Assembly (NCBI GenBank): GCA_050125095.1 | Contig: JASFEA010000005.1 | Span: 1 to 47,709 of the forward strand | From: a bacterium | GTDB lineage: Bacteria > Arandabacterota > Arandabacteria > Arandabacterales > JALGWA01 | Direction: 5' to 3' | DNA length: 47,709 nucleotides | Shown: positions 1 through 7,681 of the stretch, in pieces | Numbering within the stretch: position 1 is the first letter of the stretch | How the letters are laid out: each line of letters begins with the position of its first letter | Notes under the pieces: generated by a model | Database searches by the model: none | Told to the model about the DNA's origin: nothing | Seen by the model: the letters and a program-made list of their open reading frames with translations, nothing else | Made by a program: the position numbers and the translations under genes

Positions 1-767
1 TTCTCGCCCGTGCGCGGGTCGGTCATGAGGAAGTCTATTATGCCGTGCGTCTCGGGCTCGACGCCCGTGGCCATGGTCGTCCATATCATGGGTGAGACCG
101 GCGGCTCCATGGAGAGGAGGTCGCCGGTCGCGCCTTCCGCCCGGAGTCGCTCGATGTTGGGCATGGGGATGTCGCGCCTTACCTCCTCGTAGATCTCCCA
201 GTCCATGGCGTCGATGCCGAGGATGACGACTCCGGTGCCGTGCTTTCTCGCCAGGTCGGCGATGCGCCTGTCCTCCTCGCTTGCCGCCGACTCGAGAGAA
301 GCTATTCCCACGGCGTGGAGAGTCATGCCGAATGTCTCGAGCACCGGCCCGAGCTCCGCCCGCAGGCTCTGCGCGAGGTCGTCCTTCCCCCGGGCGCCCG
401 CCCTGGCGGCCGCGTCCTCGACGAGGGGAGTAAGGAGTTTGTCGGCGTACTCGCCTGCATAGGAGCGGTGGAGGCGGGGGATGCTTTCCCTTGCGATGGA
501 GAGGGTGAGGCGGATGTCGGCCAGCCGCTCCCCCTCGGGCGTCAGCGGCTTAGCCCGGAGCGCGACTTCCGCCGGCTCAACAGGATACAGCGTGACCCTG
601 TGCCATCTGGGAAGCACGTGTATGCCGCTTTCGAGCATCTCCAGATCGCCGTCCTTCTCGACGACGCCGACCTTGCCGCCAGGGACATTGGTCGTGGCGA
701 TGCCGACTATGACGACGATTATGAGAAATGTGGTGATGAGAGCGACCAGTGCGGATTTCTTCCTCAA
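1..767 (-). CDS. Membrane-anchored protein with N-terminal SPFH/band-7-like region and alkaline phosphatase superfamily (nucleotide pyrophosphatase/phosphodiesterase-like) domain; 3' end outside window
   Basis: Manually translated (not in ORF track). TTG at 767, frame open to the window edge. LRKKSALVALITTFLIIVVIVGIA (TM), then VPGGKVGVV..GIHVLP...VTLYP (SPFH-like), then VVILGIDAMDW...PNIERLRAEG...PPVSPMIWTTMATGVEPETHGIIDF (AlkP/NPP-type motifs). Confidence 0.8.
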   Translation of the reverse strand, partial: MRKKSALVALITTFLIIVVIVGIATTNVPGGKVGVVEKDGDLEMLESGIHVLPRWHRVTLYPVEPAEVALRAKPLTPEGERLADIRLTLSIARESIPRLHRSYAGEYADKLLTPLVEDAAARAGARGKDDLAQSLRAELGPVLETFGMTLHAVGIASLESAASEEDRRIADLARKHGTGVVILGIDAMDWEIYEEVRRDIPMPNIERLRAEGATGDLLSMEPPVSPMIWTTMATGVEPETHGIIDFLMTDPRTGE

Positions 768-880
768 ACTTGTGCCTAACCCCTTGCGGCAGAGATGGTC
801 ACGACTTACCTTATCTTATGGTAATAATATCGGCGGGTGCTGTCGAGTAGTTGGGCAAAAAACGCAGCGTGGGAGCAGCA

Positions 881-1627
881 ATGCCAGAGTGGTGGCAATC
901 CTTCTTTGACGAGTATTTCCTAGAGTACGCCTTCCCCAGGATAAAGCGCAGCCGGACACTGAGGGACGTGCGTTTCATCGTGAAGGCCCTGGCGCCGAAG
1001 AAGCGTGCGAAGATACTGGACGTCTGCTGCGGCATTGGCCGCCACTCCATCGAGCTCGCCGCCAGGGGCTATCGCGTTACGGGTGTCGATGTCAGCCGCA
1101 CTTATCTTAAGATGGCCGCGGCGCGCGCGAAGCGGAGGAAGCTCAGGCTGGAGCTAAGGGAATGCGACATGAGGAAGATGCCATACCGCGGCGAATTCGA
1201 CGCGGCGCTGCTCATGTGGACGAGTTTCGGCTATTTCGAGAACGAGAAGGACGACATCGCGGCCCTTCGCGCGATCTCAAGAGCCTTGCGCCCGGGAGGC
1301 AAGTTCATTATCGATTTGATTAACAGGGACTGGCTCATCAAGAACTTCCAGCCTCACAGCTGGATGGAGCTGAAGGACGGTTTCATGCTCGAGCGGAGGC
1401 AGTTCGACCCAGCCTCGAGCAGGATGAACTCGGAGTGGCTGTTCGTGCACAAGGGAGGGAATAAGATCGAACGCAAAGCGATCACCCTGCGCATCTACTC
1501 TCTGCACGAGCTCCTTGACGTTCTCGGGCGTGCAGGATTCGCGGTTGCGGCGATATTCGGCGACAAAGAGAACGTGATGCCCATGCCGGACCATCGCATG
1601 CTCAGCATACTGGCGCGCAAGAGATGA
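881..1627 (+). CDS. Class I SAM-dependent methyltransferase
   Basis: Motif I ILDVCCGIGRH, VTGVDVS, CDMR, FDAALLMWTSFGYF, LRPGGKFIID. ATG 881 follows GGGAG. Confidence 0.92.
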   Translation: MPEWWQSFFDEYFLEYAFPRIKRSRTLRDVRFIVKALAPKKRAKILDVCCGIGRHSIELAARGYRVTGVDVSRTYLKMAAARAKRRKLRLELRECDMRKMPYRGEFDAALLMWTSFGYFENEKDDIAALRAISRALRPGGKFIIDLINRDWLIKNFQPHSWMELKDGFMLERRQFDPASSRMNSEWLFVHKGGNKIERKAITLRIYSLHELLDVLGRAGFAVAAIFGDKENVMPMPDHRMLSILARKR

Positions 1628-1715
1628 AAGTGAAGAGGAAAAACACCGCTAAAGGCGGCTTGAATATCAGGCGATTTACTCAATATGTCCCTAAATGTCG
1701 AGGAGTAAGGCACAA

Positions 1716-1904
1716 GTGAGTTGCCCTTATTGCGAAAACTGCAAGGCGTTCGAGCTCATCCGGTCGAATCCCGAACTCGACTACCTGAGGTGGGCCTTCT
1801 GCCACGGCGAGCACTGCGACTGCGAGCGCTACAAGAAGATGCACGCCGGTGAGCAGGTGGCCGAGAGCTTCATGCCGACCGGCGAACGTTTGACCGTCAG
1901 CTAG
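1716..1904 (+). CDS. Small Cys-rich hypothetical protein, possible metal binder
   Basis: CPYCENC...FCHGEHCDCERY...FMPTG. AGGAG upstream; start GTG 1716 or 1695. Confidence 0.6.
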   Translation: MSCPYCENCKAFELIRSNPELDYLRWAFCHGEHCDCERYKKMHAGEQVAESFMPTGERLTVS

Positions 1905-2128
1905 TAGCGCATAACCGCCCGTGCGCTGTTGAATTCAATCCCGCCGCAATGCCCTCATAAAGCCTTTGCATGGGCTCATGATATGATAGGCTGAACCATG
2001 TGTCCGGGTATGTTGCGGCCAGGGTCGCGTGGGGCGCGTGTCGTCCGCCGGATTCTCCGTGCCGGTATTCAGGAGATGTCTTTCGTTGCGGAGATGTTGG
2101 GATTCGATCACAGCCGGAGGTGATACAG

Positions 2129-2515
2129 GTGAACTATTGTTACAGCAAGGTGGTCGCCCTGTCTTTCGATGAGGCCATAGCCAGGGTGACCGAGGAGCTC
2201 GGGAAGGAGGGCTTCGGCGTCCTCACGGAGATCGACGTCAAGGCGACCTTGAGGAAGAAACTGGACGTGGATTTCAGAGACTACAGGATTCTCGGTGCCT
2301 GCAATCCTCCCTATGCTTATGAGGCGCTCAAGGCCGAGGAGAGAATAGGGCTCATGCTGCCGTGCAACGTTATCGTGCGCGTGACAGCCGAGGGAGAGAC
2401 CGAGGTCGCGGCCATAAATCCGGCGGCCTCGATGGCCGCCGTGGGAAATCCCGCGCTCGAGCCCATGGGACTTGAGGTTGGGGAGAAACTTAAGAAAGTG
2501 ATAGGGGCCGTCTGA
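2129..2515 (+). CDS. DUF302 domain protein
   Basis: GFGVLTEIDVKATLRKKL...YRILGACNP...IGLMLPCNVIV, typical of DUF302. GGAGG then GTG 2129. Confidence 0.9.
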   Translation: MNYCYSKVVALSFDEAIARVTEELGKEGFGVLTEIDVKATLRKKLDVDFRDYRILGACNPPYAYEALKAEERIGLMLPCNVIVRVTAEGETEVAAINPAASMAAVGNPALEPMGLEVGEKLKKVIGAV

Positions 2516-2550
2516 GATAGCGGCCATCTTGATAGAAAGGCGGCGAGCGC

Positions 2551-2940
2551 ATGATACAACTTGAGACCGGCTCTCTGAGCGCGGGGCAGCTCGAATGCCT
2601 GTTCGGCGCGCTTCCTTTTGAGATAACATTTGCGGACGGGGAGGGAATCGTCCGGTATTACAACCGCCCCAGGGACATGGTTTTCACGAGGTCGCCGGAC
2701 ATCCTCGGCGGCAGCGTCATCGACTGCCATCCCGAGAAAAGCCGCCCCGCCGTGAAGCGCGTTCTGGACGATCTCAAGAGCGGCAGAATCGATGTCGCCG
2801 AGTTCGTGAAGCAGGTGGACGGCCGGGTCCTGCACATCCGGTACATAGCGGCGCGCGATGCTGCCGGATCTTATGCGGGATGCCTCGAGGTCGCTCAGGA
2901 CATAACGCGGATCAAGATGTTCGAACCCGGGGACGCTTGA
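2551..2940 (+). CDS. Stand-alone PAS domain protein (PAS_10/DUF438-associated type)
   Basis: LPFEITFAD..GIVRYYN...FTRSP.ILG.SV.DCHP.KS...V...YIAARD..GSY.GCLEVAQDI. Confidence 0.85.
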   Translation: MIQLETGSLSAGQLECLFGALPFEITFADGEGIVRYYNRPRDMVFTRSPDILGGSVIDCHPEKSRPAVKRVLDDLKSGRIDVAEFVKQVDGRVLHIRYIAARDAAGSYAGCLEVAQDITRIKMFEPGDA

Positions 2941-2979
2941 TCGCGCCCCCGGGTCCCGCTGTCCTTTAATCGAGCGGCC

Positions 2980-3609
2980 TCAGTTATAGGTGGCCGAGAA
3001 CCTGACGGCAAAGCTCGGTCCTGACCACTTTTCAGTGATTGCCTCCTCGCCTATCCAGTGGTATCCGAATGCTCCTGCCACCCCCAGGCCCCAGCTACTA
3101 CTGACCCACCATTCTTTGCCTGCGGTTATGTCTATGGCAGGGCCGTATTCGCTCTCCGCGGTGGCGCCCTGGTAGGTCAGGCTCAGGTTGGCGACGCAAA
3201 TCGATCCGGATATGTAGAAGTTGGACGGCATGAAGTAATAGGTGACGCCGCCACCGAAGCCTGTAAGGCCGAAGTCAACCTCCTCAACCGTCCCGGACTC
3301 GCAATGCCCGGATTCGCAGACTTCCAGCTCGGGGTCGCTCGTGGTCCAGCCCCACAGCGTGGCATGCAGCGCCAGGTTGGGCGTCACGATTCCGCCGATT
3401 GCGAAATTGACGTCACCGGTCAGACCCGAGAGCTGGAAGCTGATGTCGTCGATTTCGACCTTCGAGCTGGCGTAGCCGAAGCCACCGGAGAGTCTCAAGA
3501 AGAACCCGCCGTCATGATCGTTGGGGCCCGCCCCGGCCTCCGCGGCGAATACGAGCACCGCTGCGGTAAGCAGGAGCACTGCGGCCGGTTTACAGAATAG
3601 ACTTCTCAC
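2980..3609 (-). CDS. Outer-membrane beta-barrel protein
   Basis: Signal peptide, alternating amphipathic Gly/aromatic strands, C-terminal FAVRFSATYN. AGGAGG upstream. Confidence 0.75.
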   Translation of the reverse strand: MRSLFCKPAAVLLLTAAVLVFAAEAGAGPNDHDGGFFLRLSGGFGYASSKVEIDDISFQLSGLTGDVNFAIGGIVTPNLALHATLWGWTTSDPELEVCESGHCESGTVEEVDFGLTGFGGGVTYYFMPSNFYISGSICVANLSLTYQGATAESEYGPAIDITAGKEWWVSSSWGLGVAGAFGYHWIGEEAITEKWSGPSFAVRFSATYN

Positions 3610-3870
3610 AGCCTGCCTCCTTCCCTGGAGTAATACGTCTCCAGCTCCAGACTCAGGGTCCTTCGGTCGAGGACCCCTGATGCAGAGTTACCAGACGCCC
3701 GCAGCCCCGTCAATTATTATCCGGTGGCGCGGTATGCCTCAAGATCACACAGGATATCGCATGGATTTATGAGGTATCGATGGAATCGACGTACTGGGTG
3801 GCGGGGCGGCGGCAAAGGCCCGATTCGGGTTTCGGCGCGATTGGAGTGGCGCGCCCGGCGCCGCGGGGGC

Positions 3871-3923
3871 TGTGCGTTTTCAGACCTGACCCCTGGTTTT
3901 TGTGCATTTTCAGACCTGACCCC
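3871..3923. repeat. REP-like 23-bp repeat pair (TGTGCRTTTTCAGACCTGACCCC x2)
   Basis: Copies at 3871-3893 and 3901-3923. Same family as 41179-41236 and 42685-42910. Confidence 0.85.
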
Positions 3924-3940
3924 ATAATATGGGAATTATG

Positions 3941-3969
3941 TTGACATGTCTCAAAGCCGGTGCTAAACT
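3941..3969 (+). promoter_or_regulatory. Sigma70-type promoter for 4283 gene
   Basis: TTGACA-N17-TAAACT with TG at the extended -10 position. Confidence 0.65.
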
Positions 3970-4282
3970 GTCCCCGCCTGCGAGCAATATGCAGTTGGGG
4001 CGCTATAGCAGCGTAGTCTACGGAAACGGAAGCACATGGAGGTGCGAAAAAGGGGGCTATGTTTTGTATCCCCTGCAATCTTGTTATGAACACAGGATTT
4101 CGTACTTCAAGAGGATCCTACCTGACCTGGTAATCCGAATGGGGACCTGTATATCCAAGGATGGAGCTCTGTATCCAGAACTAAAGTCCACTTTGTGAAA
4201 GGAGGTGGTGTGGAGCAGTTGCATGCGGCCGTCCGCATGCAGTGGTAAACCAATAACGCTTTACCAACCATAAGGAGGAGTG

Positions 4283-7198
4283 ATGAGCATGGAAGTTCGC
4301 AGCATCAAGCTTATCTGCGTGATGCTCGTGATGGCCGGGTTGTTGGGGGCGCTTCCCTTGGTCGCAGGCGATATTCCGGGCCTGGAAGACAATATGAACA
4401 CCACGGAACACGTGGGCTACCGGGCCATAGTGCCCGAAAGGGATTTCCCGCCCTATAACCCGCCTGAAGCGGCATTCAACGGCACGCCCGAGCTCACGCC
4501 CGCGGAGATTCATGTGACTCTCCAGGCCGGCGAGTCATTCACGGAGAACAAGAATCTCTACATGCCGGAGTACCCCGTTCCCCCGAAGGCGGACATCGTA
4601 TTCATTCTGGATTTGACGGGGAGCATGACGGATGAGATCGACAGCATCAAGGTCCAGGTCATTGACATAATGACTGAGATCAGGGCGTTGGTCCCCGACT
4701 CCTACTTCGCCGTGATTTCCCACATGGACTACGACGGGGCATTCAGCTTCTGTCAGTACGCCGATACGTACGGCATGACAGGCGACTACCCTTACAGCCT
4801 CGACCAGGCCCTTACTTCTGACCTGACCAGCGTACAGACCGCTGTCAACGCGCTGACGATGGGCTCGGGCGTGGACGATCCCGAGTCCTATGCCAGATGC
4901 CTCGACGAGTGCATCAGCGACGGCGCAAACATCGGCTGGCGCGGCGGGGCCAAGAAATTCGTGGTGCAGTTCGGCGACAACGTCCCGCATGACTGCGACG
5001 TCTATGACTGCACCGGCGGCACCAGGACCACGGGGCGCGACCCGGGCAGGAACGAGACTTTGGATGACGCCGACGATGTCTTTATCATGGACGCCGTAAA
5101 TCAGCTCGCCGCCAACAATGTCTGTCTCATTCCCGTCTACAGCGGCATCAGCGACAACGAGTTCAATGAGTGGGACTGCTGGGCGGCCTTGACAGGCTGC
5201 CAGGCCTTCAGGCTCAACCCGGACGGCAGCGTGCCGGGCGAGTTCAACCTGGCGGAGTATATAGCAGACGCAATAGGCCAGGAGTTCGGCCACATCGACA
5301 TGCTAACGCTCATTGCCTGCGATCCGGCCTATGACGGCTGGCTCATCAGCGTTGTCCCGCCGTCCTATACGGATCTCGAACTCGACACTCCCCAGAACTT
5401 CGCGTTCACGATCGAGATCAAAGTGCCCGAGGGCACGCCGGAAGGGGAGTACTGCTTCGATATCTGCGCCGACGGCGACGGCGTGACCTACGCCACGCAG
5501 CAGGTATGTATAACGGTCAGGGAGTATGAGGACTGCATACATATCAATGTCGGCGAGGTCTGGGGCGAAGCAGGGGATGACATCCAGGTGCCCGTGTATA
5601 TCGAGGACATTACGGGCTGGGACATCATGGCCTTCGAGATGACGATTTGCTGGTGCGACGTCCCCGTGGGCCTCATCCAGTACGAGGGCTGCGAGGCCGG
5701 CGAGGTCATGGTGAATTCATATTGGATGGACCCCGCTTGCGGCGAATGCGCGCCGTTCTGCATAAGCGTTGCAGGGGCGGGCGGAATGCCGCTACAGGGC
5801 GGAGGCGTCCTGTTCTACCTCAATTTCCACATCAGCGACAACGCCAAGCCGGGCATGTGTTGCGAGATCTGCATCGAAGAGGCCCTTATTTACGATCCCG
5901 AAACGCCGCTCGAGGTCTGCACCGAATGCGGCTGGGTCTGCATCGAGAACTGCAGCATAGGCGGCTCGGTGTACTTCTGGTACTGCAGGTACGACCCGTG
6001 CTGCGGCTGGGAGCGCTACTGGCCGGTTCAGGGCGCGAGGATGCACCTTTCGGACTGCAATGGCGCGCTCATGACCCAGTACACGGGCGGCGACGGCAGA
6101 TACAGCTTCGGCCCGCTTGAGCCGCTTGAAGATTGCTTCTATTGCGTGGACATAGACTACTGCCCTATACCGATCCGCGCGATTACTGCATTCGACGCCT
6201 CGCTCATTCTGCAGTACGTGGTGTGCGAGTACCCGCTCGACATGTGCGCGTTCGATATCTGCGTCGACCAGGGCCTGCTTAGCGCGCAGACGGTCTACCC
6301 GCAGAAGATTGCGGCCAACACGAGCTGCTCGGGTGACATTACGGCTTACGACGCCTCGCTCATTCTGCAGTACGTCATCGGCGCGATACCCGCGTTCCCT
6401 TGCCCCGATCCGTGGGCATGGTTCTTACTCGACGACTGCAGCAATTGCACGGAGGAGTGCCCGCATGACTTCGACTGGGTCGGAGTACTGATCGGGGACG
6501 TGTCCGGGCCGATGGCCTCGACGCTCGAGGCGGCCGACGCGGCTAAGGCGAAGGTCGGAATCCCGAGGCATTATGACGACAAGGTCGAAGTGCCCATCCG
6601 TGTTGAGGGAGCGACCAATGTGTTCTCAATTGAGCTGGACCTCCAGTTCAACTCAAACGAGTTCCTGGTGGTAGATGTGGCCCCGGCCGGTATAGCAAGC
6701 GGCTTCATGGCCGGCTTCAACGTTCAGGGCAACGACCTCCTGATCGCCATGGCCGGCGCGTCGCCCATAAACGGCACGGGCAGAGTGTGCATGATCACCC
6801 TGCAGAAGCTGCGGCCGCACGTTCCGACGGCCAGCCCGCGCGTGGAGCTCGTGGACGGCATGTTCAACGAGGGCAATCCCGAGATGACCATCGTGCAGCA
6901 CAGCACGGGCAGGGAGATCTGGGGCATCGGGCTCGCTCCGGCGACGCCCAACCCGTTCACGAAGCAGACGGCTCTCAACTTCAGCCTGCCCCAGGAGGCG
7001 AACGTATCGCTGGCCATATATAATGTAAGCGGTCAGCGCGTGCGCACGCTCCACAGCGGCATGGCGTCGGCCGGCGACCACCAGGTAACCTGGGACGGTC
7101 TCGACGATGCAGGCGCAAGGGTGGCGAGAGGTGTCTACTTCGCCAGGATGGAATCGATGGGCTTCTCGGCCACTGAGAAGGTCGTCCTCTTGAATTAG
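4283..7198 (+). CDS. Secreted Cys-rich protein: integrin-beta-like VWA + cohesin + Ig-like/dockerin-like + cohesin + FlgD/T9SS-like C-terminal domain
   Basis: Signal peptide; DLTGSM MIDAS-like, DDPE, IGWR; cohesin-like [32 protein letters not shown] and [12 protein letters not shown] dockerin-like helices; PNPF...TWDGLDDAGARVARGVYF...KVVLL. Start 4280, 4283 or 4289. Confidence 0.85.
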   Translation: MSMEVRSIKLICVMLVMAGLLGALPLVAGDIPGLEDNMNTTEHVGYRAIVPERDFPPYNPPEAAFNGTPELTPAEIHVTLQAGESFTENKNLYMPEYPVPPKADIVFILDLTGSMTDEIDSIKVQVIDIMTEIRALVPDSYFAVISHMDYDGAFSFCQYADTYGMTGDYPYSLDQALTSDLTSVQTAVNALTMGSGVDDPESYARCLDECISDGANIGWRGGAKKFVVQFGDNVPHDCDVYDCTGGTRTTGRDPGRNETLDDADDVFIMDAVNQLAANNVCLIPVYSGISDNEFNEWDCWAALTGCQAFRLNPDGSVPGEFNLAEYIADAIGQEFGHIDMLTLIACDPAYDGWLISVVPPSYTDLELDTPQNFAFTIEIKVPEGTPEGEYCFDICADGDGVTYATQQVCITVREYEDCIHINVGEVWGEAGDDIQVPVYIEDITGWDIMAFEMTICWCDVPVGLIQYEGCEAGEVMVNSYWMDPACGECAPFCISVAGAGGMPLQGGGVLFYLNFHISDNAKPGMCCEICIEEALIYDPETPLEVCTECGWVCIENCSIGGSVYFWYCRYDPCCGWERYWPVQGARMHLSDCNGALMTQYTGGDGRYSFGPLEPLEDCFYCVDIDYCPIPIRAITAFDASLILQYVVCEYPLDMCAFDICVDQGLLSAQTVYPQKIAANTSCSGDITAYDASLILQYVIGAIPAFPCPDPWAWFLLDDCSNCTEECPHDFDWVGVLIGDVSGPMASTLEAADAAKAKVGIPRHYDDKVEVPIRVEGATNVFSIELDLQFNSNEFLVVDVAPAGIASGFMAGFNVQGNDLLIAMAGASPINGTGRVCMITLQKLRPHVPTASPRVELVDGMFNEGNPEMTIVQHSTGREIWGIGLAPATPNPFTKQTALNFSLPQEANVSLAIYNVSGQRVRTLHSGMASAGDHQVTWDGLDDAGARVARGVYFARMESMGFSATEKVVLLN

Positions 7199-7243
7199 TT
7201 TTGAAGTGGATTTGAAGTAGCAACAAGGAAGTTGCACTTTGGT

Positions 7244-7289
7244 GGACCGGGGTTCTAAGGGTAAGACCTGGAGCCCCGGTTCCGCTTTT
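7244..7289 (+). terminator. Intrinsic terminator
   Basis: GGACCGGGGTTCT...GGAGCCCCGGTTCC stem followed by GCTTTT. Confidence 0.65.
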
Positions 7290-7395
7290 CCCCTATTTCT
7301 GGCCTAATTCGTTGCCCCGTAGTGGATTATGAATATATCGCCCCGCCCGGGGTGAATTATTTTATATCCCATGCTTTTTGATATACCCCATTCAG

Positions 7396-7424
7396 TTGAC
7401 ATATCTCAATGCTTGTGATAAAAT
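7396..7424 (+). promoter_or_regulatory. Sigma70-type promoter for 7682 gene
   Basis: TTGACA-N17-TAAAAT with TG extension, AT-rich upstream. Confidence 0.7.
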
Positions 7425-7681
7425 TTATTTGTTGGAAGTAGTGGAGCAGGATTTCCGCTGCGAGCGGTACCCCACACGGAAGTGCCGAAAATCGAATAGA
7501 TTATGAGATTTTTGCATATTCTGGCGAAGTGAGAAGTCAGGTCAGCAAAGCGGGAACTGCCGACAATTTCACGAACGAGGAGGTGTAACGATCGGAAGTT
7601 GCTAATGACGGCGTGTACTGACCACATGCCGCTTGCGCTTCGGTCGGCTAACCACCTGTGTTGTGGAAAGGAGAAGGGACA

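Noticed and set aside
3610-4279. Short ORFs in the intergenic region (3724, 3767, 3929)
   Set aside because: They overlap REP-like repeats and the promoter, have no RBS or motif support, and conflict with each other.
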